DNA from: Octopus vulgaris
Lineage: Eukaryota
NCBI GenBank assembly: GCA_951406725.2
Contig: OX597833.1
Coordinates: forward strand, 18,848,001-18,912,000
Direction of reading: 5' to 3'
Length of the DNA: 64,000 bases
In this document: positions 10,743 to 23,960 of the stretch, piece after piece
Position numbering within the stretch: the stretch's first letter is position 1
Layout: every line of letters begins with the position of its first letter
Position numbers and translations under genes: made by a program
Notes under the pieces: generated by a model
The model's database searches: none
What the model saw: only the letters and a program-made list of their open reading frames with translations
Told to the model about the DNA's origin: nothing

Positions 10743-12126
10743 CGTTTATGTTTATCAATTTTATCATCCGATGTTTTTTTTCCCGTTTGTTTGTTTACCG
10801 ATGCTTGATTCTCTTATAAATGCCCGTGTTTTTCATATTTTCCCGTATCAAATGTCTCCTGTGTGAGGATTACACAGCGAGGTATGTTTCCTTTCTCATT
10901 GAAAGTAGTTGTCTTGTTAACAAGAATGAATGGTATGTTTTCCACCAAACTGTCTCTCTCCCTCTTTTTGGCCATATTTAATCATAACTGAAAGAAGATA
11001 CATCTCTAAAGCCTGTTTTCCTCGTATAAATTTTTATTACTGTGCAGTTTTATTCATAAGATAATCTATATATAAATTTCCCCAAAATATATTAATGCCA
11101 TTATGCAAACCGATGCATTAATTAATTAATAAAGAATTAAGGACATCTGTCGAGCCCTTGGCATTGAAAATAGTGAAGTGAACGAAATCAAATAAATGCC
11201 CGATTAGATAATGAAAAAAATATAAAAGGTTTTTGCATGAAGGCCATAAATAGGTTGATATATATTTGATATATATATATATATCTATATATATATATAT
11301 ATTTATATATAAAGAAGAGCAATCGCATGTACTACAACAGAAATAAGTATTAACAAAGTTTTAAAAATATTTCTATTCTATTTACGAAGCTGTCCCCTGT
11401 GATATCTTATACAATAAGGTTAGTTATTAGAGCAATGCATTTGTAACGAATATTTATGGGGCTTGTAAAAAAAAAAAAATTTTAAATGAAAGTAATTAAA
11501 ATCACCAAAGAAATTCTGTGCATTTTACAAGAAAATTTATTTAATTTGTGCAATTAAGTTGATGGACAAAACACTACTTAATGGTGTTTGTGATTAAACT
11601 TTTTCTTTTAAAATAGCAAATTTGTCAAGAAACAAATTCGCAGGCATTTTGGATGCTTGAGAGCTTGACAAGCAGAATCAGAATTTCCGAAATATTTTGG
11701 AGCAGAAAAAATATAAAATCAGCTATTTAATCAAACCTAAATCGATTCAACGATCAGTTCACATTGTAGAATATTTTGTGTGAACAGAAGGCTTTTTTCG
11801 GTGTTTTTTTTCTTCTACACGTATTTTATTACATCTAAATTTAACTGTGATGTAAATTTTTTACGTACTGTAAATTATACTCAATACGTATGGTGAGGTT
11901 CTCTCTTGTGTAACGTACTTATTATACACACACACACACGCCGCACAAATATATAATGCGTTAAGAAGGCAATGAATATTATATTGTAAATATCTATAAT
12001 ATTGAAATAAAATTCTCGGTATTTTTTCAGATGTTTCACTAGATTTTCCGAATAAAATAAATCAATAAAAAAAAACATATAGGAAATACGTACAATGAAA
12101 ATTCCCGTAATGGAAGCTTCCTTCCA

Positions 12127-12184
<58 letters not shown>

Positions 12185-14003
12185 TTACTTTGCTTCAGTG
12201 TTATTTATATATATGTATGTGTGTGTGTGTGTGTTTGGATGTAAGTATAGTTATATATGTGTATATAAATACGTATAGTTGTATGTGTATGTATACATAT
12301 GCGCGCGTGTGTGTATATATGTATATATGTATATATATATATATATGCATACACTTGTTTCATCATCGTTTTTAACGGCTGCTTTTCCATGCTTACATGG
12401 GCGAAATAGAATTCGTTGAATATACTTTTCTACGGCCAGATGCCCTTCCTGTCTCTAACCCTCACTTGATTCCAAGCAAGATATTTTTTTTTGCTCACGA
12501 AAGATTAGGAACAAACTATACCACGTATAGTTTACAGCTATCGTGCAATGTCAAGGCAAGAAAAACACCGATATTCAAGGTGTGTGTGTGTGTGGCATAA
12601 GATCGCCATATATATGTATGTTTGTGCGTGTGTGGGGGGGAGGCTTCTGACTAAATCCACTCGCAAGGCTGTGGATAGCGTGTTGTCGAACTAGACACCT
12701 ACCCGGTGTACGATGTAATGGAATTGAACCAGGAAACGTGGGTTTATGAAGCGAACTCCCACAAGATCATGTCTACCCTATGTCTAAATTTATGTGTGTG
12801 TGTATATATATATGTATATATGTGTGGCCTCACGGTAGAAATGACAATGGACAGAGATGTCTGGTGAAATGAGGTTCTTGAGAAGGTCCACCCACCTCAG
12901 CAGAACTGAGTTCTGGAGGCACTGTGTATTTCACTCACAGGTAATATTGATTCACACACCTTACCCCCAATCAACCAAACTACATCTCTTTTTCATGTAT
13001 GTTGCTTATCTTTCCCTCCCCAATCCTGCAGCCCAACATCACTCAACTCCCCCAGATACCCGTGTTTCACCACTCATTGCATTCTCCCCTTTCCTTCCCT
13101 TCTCCTCCTTTTGCACCTTTGTGAATTCCCTACTCATGCACCTTGTGCATTCCTCTACCATTCCATTTATATTCACAGCCTTGTACCTTGAGAACATGCC
13201 CTGGCATATTGCCATCTCTCGCACTCCCTCTCCTTCCATCTCTCCAACTGGGGTAATTGGTTATCTCCTTTACAGCAAGATATGTCTCTCTGTCTCATAC
13301 TCTAACTTTCCATCACCTGGCACAAAGCCACCTCCTTCAATACCACACCCTCTCTCTGTTGAGGGACCTTTGTCTTGCAAATTATGTCGACCTCGCTGGT
13401 ACTGCTTCCACTTAAAAGGTACCCGGTCCACTTTCTGTAAAGTGGTTGGTGTTAGGAGTGTATCCAGTTGTAAAACCATGCCCAAGTAGACCTTGCCGGC
13501 ACTGGTGCCACATAAAAAGCACCCAGTCTATTCTCTAAAGTTAGGAAAAGCATCCAGCTGTAAAACCATACCAAAGCAGATCCTGCCGGTGCTGGGGTCA
13601 CATGAAATGAAACCAGTCCATCTTGTGAAGTGGTTGGGGTTAGGAAGGGTATCCAGCTGTACAATCACACCAAAGCTGACCCTGCCAGTGCTGGTGCCAC
13701 ATAAATGAACCCAATTCATTCTGTGAAGTGGTTGTTGTTAGCAAGGGCATCCAGCTGTAAAACTATGCCAAAACAGACAGTGGAGGTTGGCACTGTCCTA
13801 AGCTTTACCAATTCATGTCAAACCATCCAACCCTTGCCGGCACGGAAAATGGATACTGAAATGATGGCATGCATATGTATGTATCATCATCAACATTTAG
13901 CATTTAATTTTTAATGCTTGCATGGGTCAGACAAAGTTCATTGAGGCTGATTTTCTATGGCCAGATGCCATTTCTGTTGTCAGATCTCACCTGTTTCCAG
14001 GCA

Positions 14004-14422
14004 TACTCTTTTACTCTTTTTACTCTTTTTTACTCTTTTTACTTGTTTCAGTCATTTGACTGCGGCCATGCTGGAGCACCGCCTTTAGTCGAGCAAATCG
14101 ACCCCGGGACTTATTCTTTGTAAGCCCAGTACTTATTCTATCGGTCTCTTTTGCCGAACCGCTAAGTTACGGGGACGTAAACACACCAGCATCGGTTGTC
14201 AAGCAATGCTAGGGGAACAAACATATTCACACACACATATATATATATATACATATATACGACAGGCTTCTTTCAGTTTCCGTCTACCAAATCCACTCAC
14301 AAGGCATTGGTCGGCCCGGGGCTATAGCAGAAGACACGTGCCCAAGATGCCACGCAGTGGGACTGAACCCGGAACCATGTGGTTGGTTAGCAAGCTACTT
14401 ACCAAACAGCCACTCCTACGCC
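14004..14422 (-). mobile_element. tRNA-derived SINE family A, full length
   Basis: Reverse complement of the GGCGCAGGAGTGGCTGTGTGG head, with a (TACTCTTTT)n tail. Confidence 0.9.
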
Positions 14423-14829
14423 TATAAACTTACCAAACTCCACTCCTACGCATGATAATATTTCCTATGAAGGGACATATTTTCCAAGGAAGACTGGAAA
14501 CGGATGACTTCACTTGTATGACAGGGATGCTCATTTATAGCCATCATGCATAGATAAATATATGCATGCATGCATACATGCTCACACAATATGCTTTTTT
14601 TAGTTTCCATCTTCCAAATCTACTCCAGGCTATGGTCAGCCAGGTAGAAGACACCTGGCCATGGTGCTGCACTGTGGGACTGAACCTGAGACCACATGGT
14701 TTGGAAGCAAGCTTCTCAATCACGTAGCCATGCCTGTGCCATGTATATGTATGTCTATGTGTGTATGTAAATGCATGTATATATGCATTATATGTGTGTA
14801 TAACCACTTAATCTTTGTCCTCAGTCCTC

Positions 14830-15965
14830 TATTCATTATAATTCTACAGCCCCTCACATGGGAACTCTTACATACTGATGGTCTAGTTTTCATGGCTGAA
14901 TCTATTGTGGAAATAGACAAGAAATTTCAGGCATGGAAGTAAACCTAGAATCAAGAGACCTCAAGGTAAAATTGGCAAAGACTAAGATTTTATTAAGAGA
15001 AAAAGAAAGGAGCATGGTATCATCATGGAAATTGCTTTGTTCTGTGTACAGACAAGGAATAGGTCTGAACTCTATTTGCTGTACCCAATATAAACCATGG
15101 AGACAAGATGTATAATAGAAGCATAGTAAGACCAATAGAAAGTAAGCTTCATATATGACAGATGCCCTGGAGCACATTGGAAATGGATTTTCTTAAATGG
15201 CTAAATGGCTTACTAGAAGTAGCCTGTAGCTGTTGTTACCTAAGAGATTTAATAAGCAAAGGGGATGGTTGCTCTGAAAGTATAGTTGCCTGAGTAAGAA
15301 GAGGTTGGAAAAAGTTCAGGTCGCTACTACTGCAGCAAGTAGGAGCATGACAGCCCTGGGGTTCACTGGGTCCTGTCACACAGTGCAACCCATGCCAGCA
15401 TGGAAAACACTCACTACACTCACAGAGTGGTTGGCATTAGGAAGGGCATCCAGCTATAGAATTACTGCCAGATCAGATTGGAGCCTGGTGCTGCCTCCTG
15501 GCTTCCCAGACCCCGGTCGAACCGTCCAGCCTGTGCTAGCACGGAAAACAGACGTTAAACGATGATGAAGATGATGAAAGATAGTGTATGAAACTTGTGT
15601 TAGAATTTCAATGCTGAATGGTAGTGAGAATGCCGAGGACTCAAAAAGGATGGAAAGAAATAAAGCTAGCAATGCTTCATCAGATTTGTAATGCAGGTGT
15701 GCATGAAAGACAGCAAAAATGTTTTGAGAGAAAAACTGGGCATTAAGAGGAATCAGAGTAGTGTGCAAGAAAGAAAACTGCCGGTATGGACATGTGAGCT
15801 GTATGGATGAAGATAGCTTTATAAAGCAGTACTAATCACTTAATGTGAAAGGAACTTGCAGAAGAGGGAGGACATGGGACAAAGTGGTGAGGACTATTCT
15901 CGGGGCAATGGAACTTGCAAAGGAGATGATAAAGGACCAGGATGACTGTTGATATGCAGTTCTTG
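14830..15965 (+). mobile_element. RTE-clade LINE RT/3' fragment, degenerate, with nested SINE
   Basis: LSPLFIII..WELLHTDGLV (YADD region) and LKVKLAKTKIL, plus downstream RTE C-terminal motifs. Confidence 0.8.
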
Positions 15966-16659
15966 AGAAGAACTGCTCATCTCAACAAAATCAATATTGG
16001 GAGGTCCACATGTTAAAAAAGGCAAAGGTAAAGTTATCTTCTTGTGTCATACCAACACATAAGGGCCGGTTTCCCAGTTTCATGGCATATATATTCCCCA
16101 CCTGGACAGGATGCCAGTCCTTTGCGAGATTATCTATTTTTGCCAGCTGAGTGGACTGGAGCAATATGAAGTGAAGTGTTTTGCTCAAGAATGCAACATG
16201 TCGCCTGGTCCAGGAATCAAAACCACAATCTTAGGATCAGGAGTCCAACATCTGGCACTAAGCCACGTGTATGCTATCTCCAGCCCACTTTTCTCATGCA
16301 CTCTTGCAACCCCACTCTCCCACCCATGCTCTATTCTGTCCCCACTCACTTCTATCCACCTTGTACCTCAGGGATCGATCCTGAAACCTCATCACTATTA
16401 TTTCTTTCTAGCTTCATCCCTATCACTCCCTCTCTTTCTCTTCTGTAATGCGAGTAGCCATGTAGCTCTTCTACTGCAAGAAACCTTTCCTGTTCTTGTG
16501 CCTTCTCACATAGTTTAACCCCTCAACTCCTATTATAGAGCTGCTCCCTTTCTACTGTAGATGCATACAATCAGAAGGGATCTTAGTCTTGCAACTCATA
16601 TGGTGGCCTTACTAGAGTTGGTGCCATACAAAAAAAAAACAAAAGAACAAACAAACAAA

Positions 16660-17050
16660 GGCGCAGGAGTGGCTGTGTGGTAAGTAGCTTGTTTACCAAC
16701 CACATGGTTCCAGGTTCAGTCCCACTGCGTGGCACCTTGGGCAAGTGTCTTCTACTATAGCCTTGGGCCTACCAAAGCCTTGTGAGTGGATTTGGTAGAC
16801 GGAAACTGAGAGAAACTCATTGTATATATGTATATATATGTGCGTGTGTGTGTCTGTGTTTGTCCCCCTAGCATTGCTTGACAACCGATGCCGGTGTGTT
16901 TACGTCCCCGTCACTTAGCGGTTTGGCAAAAGAGACCGATAGAATAAGTACTGGGCTTACAAAAGAATAAGTCCCGGGGTTGAGTTGCTCGATTAAAGGC
17001 GGTGCTCCATCATGGCCGCTGTCAAATGACTGAAACAAGTAAAAGAGTAA
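16660..17050 (+). mobile_element. tRNA-derived SINE family A, full length
   Basis: GGCGCAGGAGTGGCTGTGTGGTAAG head, B box, core and GAAACAAGTAAAAGAG tail. Confidence 0.9.
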
Positions 17051-17399
17051 ACACCAAGTACATGTTCTAAAATGGTTGGCATTAGGAACCTGATGCAGTC
17101 CTCAGACCCATTAGTTTCTCTCACACCGTCAAACACATGCCAGCATTGAATATGGACATTAAACAATGATGATGATTATATTACAACAGTTAGATCTAAT
17201 ACAGCTAGGGACTTCCTTAGTTTAACAGATCATCATTTCCCACCAGGACATAATATATTAAATATTTGATAGGAACTATATTGTTAGAATTTTGGCTGTT
17301 ATAGCAGAGATTGTAATGCTGCTAAGCTGAGTGGAAAAGAGGAGCAAACAGCTGGCCATCATAGATCATGCAGCTTCAGAACTCGTGGGAGCTGCCCAC

Positions 17400-19220
17400 T
17401 AGATAATAACTATCTTTCAAAGTTGATGTGGGTGAGAAGTGTATATGGATGGATAATGGTATGCTTGTGTTTGATGATTCTGAAAAGAAAGAGGCATGGA
17501 AGTGCTCCTGTGGAAAATTATTGAATGTGGGAAATGTGGGAGAAAGGGAGTCTTCCCAATATGAACCCAACAGAAGGACAAACTATCCTAGCTGACAGCA
17601 GTATGATGGATAAGGTAATTCAGGATATGAAGTCAGGGAAAGCTCCTGGTCTATTGGGAATTACAACTGAGATGCTTCAGATATCTGGCAGAGTAGGATG
17701 CAGTCTGGTCACCTGTATAGTTTTAATCAGGTTATTCAGGAAGGTATCATCTCCAATGACTGGTACAGCTACATTATAGTTAGCTACTACAAACGTAAAA
17801 TGGATGTCTTTGATAGAAGTAATTACTGAGGTATCATTGCTGGACCAGGACATGAAAGTTACGGAAAGAATTATAGCCAAATTAATTAGAAACAGAATTA
17901 GAATTGATAAGCTGCAGTTTGGTTCTGTGCCTGCAAGAAACACTACTGATTCTATATTCTTAGCTGACTGCAGAAGTATTTAGTTAATAGCAAACTGTTA
18001 TACTTGGCATTTATTGACTTGGAGAAAGCCTTTGACAGAATCTTTCACTCTGTGATATGGTAGTCTCTGATGAAGCTAGGGATAGATGAACGGCTTGTGA
18101 AAGCTGTACAGTAATGAATTTAGTTTGCAGGTAGGCATTCACCAGTGCTCAGATCTCAGTCCCCTCCTATTCATCATTGTCCTCCAGGTCATAATAGAGA
18201 AATTTAAGACCAGTTGCCCCCTGGGAACTATTGTATGCTGTCATAGTGGAATCTGTAACAGAATTAGAAAAGAAATTCCAAGGGTTGCCTCCTGGGAACT
18301 ATTGTATGCTGTCATAGTGGAATCTTTAACAGAATTAGAAAAAAAAATTCCAAGAGTTGCCCCCCGGGAACTATTGTATGCTGTCATAGTGGAATCTGTA
18401 ACAGAATTAGAAAAAAAATTCCAAGAGTGGAGGCAAAACTTCCAATCAAAGAATCTTAAAGTTAACTTAGCAAAGACCAAGGTTCTAGTAAGAAAACAAG
18501 ATAGGACCTACCCACTTTGGTTAAATGGCTTTACTTGATATATAAGGTGTAGGCAGAAATTCCATGCAGTGTACCCTGTGCAGAGTAGGGACACACAAGG
18601 TACAGTGGAATTACAGGAAAAGTTAACAGAGAAGGTAGTTTTTGTATGGGAAGATGCATGGGTGCCATAAAGTCCAAGTTATCATAGGAAATTAATTCTC
18701 TCAAATGCTGTGGACGCTCCCTAGAGGTTACCTAGGCGACATAATTAGCAGCAGAGGAGGATGCTCTGAAAGTGTAGTTGCTAGAATAGGAATAGGATGG
18801 AGAAAGTTCAGAGAGCTGTTACCTCTGTTGACAACAAAATCTCTCTCTCTCCCTCCCCCCCTCTCTTTCCAAAGTAAGGGCAGATTGTATGATACTTGTG
18901 TATGTACAGCAATGCTACATGGTAGAGAGATGTGGGTTTTGAATGCAGAGAACATGCATAGACTAGAGAGGAATGCAGCTTGTGTGCTCTGCTGGGTGTG
19001 CAGATGTATTGAGAGAAAAGTTAGGCATAGGAGGAATCAGGTGTAGTGTGCAAAAGAGAAGACTGCACTGGTTTGGTCATGTGATGCATATGGCTGAGGA
19101 CAGTTGCATTAAGAATTGCTGTTCACTTACAGTGGATGGAACTTCTGAAAGAGGGAAACCCAGGAAGACATGAGACAAAGACTTGAATGCCGATCTCAAA
19201 AAGCTGGGCTGTACAGAGCA
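17400..19220 (+). mobile_element. RTE-clade LINE ORF remnant (RT domain through C-terminus)
   Basis: MKSGKAPG, QFG, LYLAFIDLEKAFDR, VGIHQCSDLSPLLFIIV, YLGD, RIGIGWRKFRELLPLL and RRLHWFGHVM..RGKPRKT motifs, with many stops and frameshifts. Confidence 0.9.
18213..18426 (+). repeat. Three tandem copies of a 71-72 bp unit inside the RTE remnant
   Basis: Units start at 18213, 18284 and 18356 (GTTGCC..GGGAACTATTGTATGCTGTCATAGTGGAATC..). Confidence 0.9.
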
Positions 19221-19439
19221 GATGACAGAGGGCCCATATAACCATATAAGCACAGGTTTCTCTGATGCTTCTTGTATCCAGTTTTCCTCTGGACACATTT
19301 ACACTTTGTTGCACATGCATACTGACATCGCACCTCCAGTGGGGCTTGTTAGCTTCTTCACGTGTCCTCAGCTTTCACACCCCATGTTTTACTACTATGT
19401 AGCATAGCTGTTTATACACAAACATCATACCTTTTATTC

Positions 19440-20305
19440 TGAGGGAGAGGCCCTTTGTTACCAACAGAAGTAATAGCTCTCTGAACTTTGCCAGCTAGTT
19501 CTTATTCTAGCACTTACACTTTTAGAGCATTCCCCTCTACTGCTAATTTGGTCACCTAGGTAACAGAAACTAGCTTCTACACCTAAGGATCCCCTTGAGC
19601 ATTTGAGGAAATATATTTACTGCATTTCTTAGTGCTTACTGCTCTTGCACATCTTCCACACTTAAGGACTACTTTCTCTTTCAACCTTCCTGTGATTCCA
19701 TGTGTCCATGCTTGAACTGGATACACCAAATGGCATTTCTCCCAACACCTTTTCTACACATCGAGCAGGGTCATTTCCCTGAAGAGATAAATGACTTATT
19801 AACTTTTCTGCTTACTAGTACTTTAGTCTTTGCTAAATTAACTCTAAGGCCCTTCAATTTCAAGCCTTGCTTCCACACCTAAAATTTCTTTGCTAATTCA
19901 ATTTTAAATTTAACTATTAGAACAAGGAGGCCTGGAGGACCATGATAAACAAAATAGGGATTGATAACTAATTCCTGATGAACTCCTACCTACACACTAA
20001 ATTCACTGCTATACTCATTGCTAACTTTTACTGACAACATATCCGTACACAGCTTAGAGCCACTTATCTATCAACCCCTGGCTTCTGCAGTAACCAGATG
20101 AGGGAGTGAGGGATCCTGTCAAAGACTCTCCATGACAGTGAATGCCAAGTACAGCAGTTGATTCTTGGTTAAGTGCTTTTCCTGCAGTTGGCTTACTAGG
20201 AAGATAGCATCAGTAGTGCTTCTCCCTGGCACGAAACCAAACTGCATCTCAACAAGGTTAATTCTCTTCCTAGTTGCTTGAGCTACAAATCATTCTATAA
20301 CTTTC
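19440..20305 (-). mobile_element. RTE-clade LINE fragment
   Basis: Reverse complement carries the same motifs (QFGFVPGRSTTDAIF, LRVNLAKTKVL, YLGD). Confidence 0.8.
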
Positions 20306-20420
20306 ATGTATGTGTATGAGCGTGCATATACATAAATACATATATATATCATCATTATCATTGTTTAACGTCTACCTTCCATGCTGGCATGGGTAGGACA
20401 TTATATGTGTATGTATATAT

Positions 20421-20802
20421 CATCATCGTTTAGCGTCCGCTTTCCATGCTAGCATGGGTTGGACGGTTCAACTGGGGTCTGTGAAGCCAGAAGGCTGCAT
20501 CAGGCCCAGTCTGATCTGGCAGTGTTTCTACGGCTGGATGCCCTTCCTAACGCTAACCACTCCGTGAGTGTAGTGGGTGCTTTTTATGTGCCACCCGCAC
20601 AGGTGCCAGACGGAGCTGGCAAACGGCCACGGACGGCTGGTGCTTTTTACGTGCCACCGGCATGGGGGCCAGGCGAGGCTGGCAACGGCCACAATCGGAT
20701 AGTGCTTTTTACGTGCCACCGGCACGGGGGGCCAGGCGAGGCTGGCAACGGCCACGTTTGGATGGTGCTTTTACGTGCCACCGGCACGGGGGCCAGGCGA
20801 GG

Positions 20803-20803
<1 letters not shown>
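20421..20803 (-). mobile_element. SINE-like family B copy with internal tandem units
   Basis: Near-identical to 4708-5174 but with fewer internal units. Confidence 0.9.
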
Positions 20804-20852
<49 letters not shown>

Positions 20853-21739
20853 CATACATACATATGTGTGTGTATTTATATATTTATTGTACAAATATAT
20901 ATATATATATACACACACACACATACATACAAAAGTATTTATAATCTGTCGTAACTGACAGTGTCAGTGAATGCCAGTTATGTGTGTGTGGGTGTATGTA
21001 TATTTATATATGTATTTACATGTGTGTATGTCTATGTACAAATCTCATCATTTAACTTCCTTTTTTCTCTGCTGGCAGGGATTTGGATGCATTGAATATG
21101 AGTTTGGGGGTAAGGAAGTGAAAGAAGGAAATAGGAGTAAGTTGAGGTGGAGGGGAGGAGGAGGTCATAAGGGACAGTAGTGGGGATACAATTTATCTTG
21201 ATACATTTGTACTTTGTTGTACATACTCTTTGATGTTACACATCCATTGGAGAAAGCTAGCTTCATCTCTTTCTCTTCATGTGTCCTCTGCATTCACAGC
21301 CCAAGTTTCACAACCATTTAGCATTATACATGCATGCTTGTCCCTTCAGGTGCCAGTGCCACTTAAAAAGCACCCATGTTGGTGCTGTGCTGGTGGTACA
21401 TGAAAAAGCACCCAGCACACTCTGTCAAGTGGTTGGCACTAGGAAGGGCATCCAGCCATAGAAACCATGCCACAACAGGCAGTTGAAGTCTGGACAGTTC
21501 CCTGCTAGTGGTTGGCACCAGGAAGGGCATCCAGCCATAGAAACCATGCCACAACAGGCAGCTGGAGTCTGGACAGTTCCCTGCTAGTGGTTGGCATTAG
21601 GAAGGGCATCCAACCATAGGAATCATGCCACAACAGAGAGTTGGAGTCTGGACAGCTCCCTTGCTAGCCAGCTTCATGTTAAACTGTCCAATTCATGCCA
21701 GCATGGAGACTGGATGTTAGACGACGGTGATGATGATGT

Positions 21740-22620
21740 TTGTACACAAGCATCATACAATCTGCCTTTCACTCTGAGAGGAAGCCTTTTGTTACCGACA
21801 TAAGCCATATTTCCCTGAACGTTCTCCATAGTTTTATTCTAGCAGCTATACTTTCAGAGCATCCTCCTCCATTGCTAATTAAGGTCACCTAAGTAAAAGA
21901 AACTACCTATTCCTGCTAGAGACCCTCCTGGGCATTCCAGAAAATCTATTTTCCATGTGATCTTTGTGTTTATTGCACCTATGCATCTGCCATAAGCAAA
22001 GTCAATTTTTCTGTAAACCTTCCTGTTATTCCACTGCACCCCTTGTTTTCACTGAGTACACTGTATGGAATCCCTACCCATTTCTACATATTGAACAAGG
22101 CCATATGCCTGATGGAATTAGCATCCTGTCTATTTCCCTGCTAACTAGAACTTTAGTCTTTGCTAAGTTAATTTCATAATCATTTAACATCTACTTTTCC
22201 ATGTTTGCATGGGTCGGATGGAATTTGGTAAAACGAATTTTCTATGGCTGGATGCCCTTCCTGACCCCCATTGAGTCCAGGTTTTGCTTCTACCCTTGGA
22301 ATTTTATTTCTAATTCTACTACATTTTCAGCTATAAGAACAAGGCCATCAGCATAGAGGAGTTCCCATGGGCAACCAATTCCTCTGTTATGGCCTAGAGG
22401 ACAATGATTAATAGGAAGGGAGTGTTAACTGAACTCTTACCTGCATGCTAAATTCATTGCTAACTTTCACCTTACTTACAGCATACCTGTACATGGTTTG
22501 AATGGCTATCACCAGCCTTACATCTATGCTTAGTTTCCACAGTGACCACCAGGCTAGGGAGTGAGGAACCGTATTGAAGGTTTTCTCTATTTTAGTGAAT
22601 GCCAAGTATAGTGGTTTATT
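21740..22620 (-). mobile_element. RTE-clade LINE fragments
   Basis: NKPLYLAFTKIEKTFNTVPHSLAWWSLWKL in ORF 22408-22797, plus WELLYADGLV and NLAKTKVL motifs. Confidence 0.8.
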
Positions 22621-22622
22621 TC

Positions 22623-22654
<32 letters not shown>

Positions 22655-22790
22655 GAGAAAGGCGCTATCCAGAGAGGAGTGGACAGTGTGCTGTGACCAG
22701 CGGTGTCAAATGGACGCCCGACGGACTGGTCAGTCAAGGTGGTCAAGGTGATCAAGATGATTGATATATATATATATATACACATATAGA

Positions 22791-23020
22791 GGCGCAATGG
22801 CCTAGTGGTTAGGGCAGCGGACTCGCGGTCGCAGGATCGCGGTTTCGATTCTCAGACCGGGCGTTGTGTGTGTTTATTGAGCGAAAACACCTAAAAGCTC
22901 TACGAGGCTCCGGCAGGGGGTGGTGATCCCTGCTGTACTCTTTCACCACAATGGCGGTGCCCCAGCATGGCCACAGCTCAAGAGCTGAAACTGGAAAAAC
23001 AAAAACAAAACAAACAAAAT
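22791..23020 (+). mobile_element. Young tRNA(Arg)-like SINE
   Basis: GGCGCAATGGCCTAGTGGTTAGGGCAGCGGACTCGCGGTCGCAGGATCGCGGTTTCGATTC head with A and B boxes and TCG at the anticodon position, followed by a non-tRNA body and (CAAAA)n tail. Confidence 0.8.
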
Positions 23021-23732
23021 ATACATATATCATGCAGAAACCATACCAAAGTTGTTGCTGGGGCTTAATGCTTTCTTGTGGCTTGCTAGCTTCTGTTTAA
23101 ACCATATATATATAAATAAATGCAAATTTGAAGACAACTGCATAAAAAAGTGCCAATCTTTAATTGTGGAGGGAATCTGTGGAAGGGGTAGACTTAGGAA
23201 GACATGGAACAAAGTGGTGAGAAAGGATCTTCGGACACTATACCTCACTGAAGAAATGACAAGGGACTGAGAGATGTGGTGATTTGCTGTACTTGATAAG
23301 ATGCATCAAACTAAGTAAAATCACTATCATACATAGATACGGGTTTGTACTTTACAGGTGCTGGTGCCACATAAAATGCACCTGTGTTGGTGCTGTGTAA
23401 GCGTTCTTGTGCTGGTGGCACATACAAAGCACTCACTATGCTCTGTAAAGTGATTGGCATTCGGAAGAATCCAGCCGTAGAAACCATGCCACAACAGGCA
23501 GTTGGAATCTGGACAGCTCACTGACTAGCCAACCCATGCCTACAGGGAAAACAGGTGTTGAACAATGATATATATATGTATATATAGTATGTAAAAACAG
23601 CCAAAGTAGACAGTGGGACTTGGTGTCATCCTCTGGTTTACCAGCTTCTATCAATCCATGCCAGTGTAGAAAATAGATCTTAAATGATGATGATGGTGTG
23701 TGCATGTGTGTACACACACATACATACACAGA

Positions 23733-23960
23733 GGGCGAGCTGGCAGAAACGTTAGCACGGCGGGCGAAATGCGTTGCCGTATTTTGTCTGTCGTTACGGT
23801 CGAAGTTCAAATTCCGCCGAGGTCGACTTTGCCTTTCATCCTTTCGGGGTCGATAAATTAAGTACCAGTTACACACTGGGTTCGATGTAATCGACTTAAT
23901 CCCTTTGTCTGTCCTTGTTTGTCCCTCTGTGTTTAGCCCTTTGTGGGTTGTAAAGAAATA
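23733..23960 (+). mobile_element. SINE family C, full length
   Basis: GGCGAGCTGGCAGAAACGTTAGC head, GTTCAAATTCC B box and conserved core. Other copies near 25075, 31095, 31660, 33500, 53241 and 63092. Confidence 0.85.

Noticed and set aside
12857-13489. 210-aa ORF
   Set aside because: Pyrimidine-rich low-complexity DNA running into family B repeat units; no domain or splice support.
22791-22862. tRNA-Arg(TCG) gene
   Set aside because: Acceptor and anticodon stems do not pair properly and it continues into a SINE body and tail.
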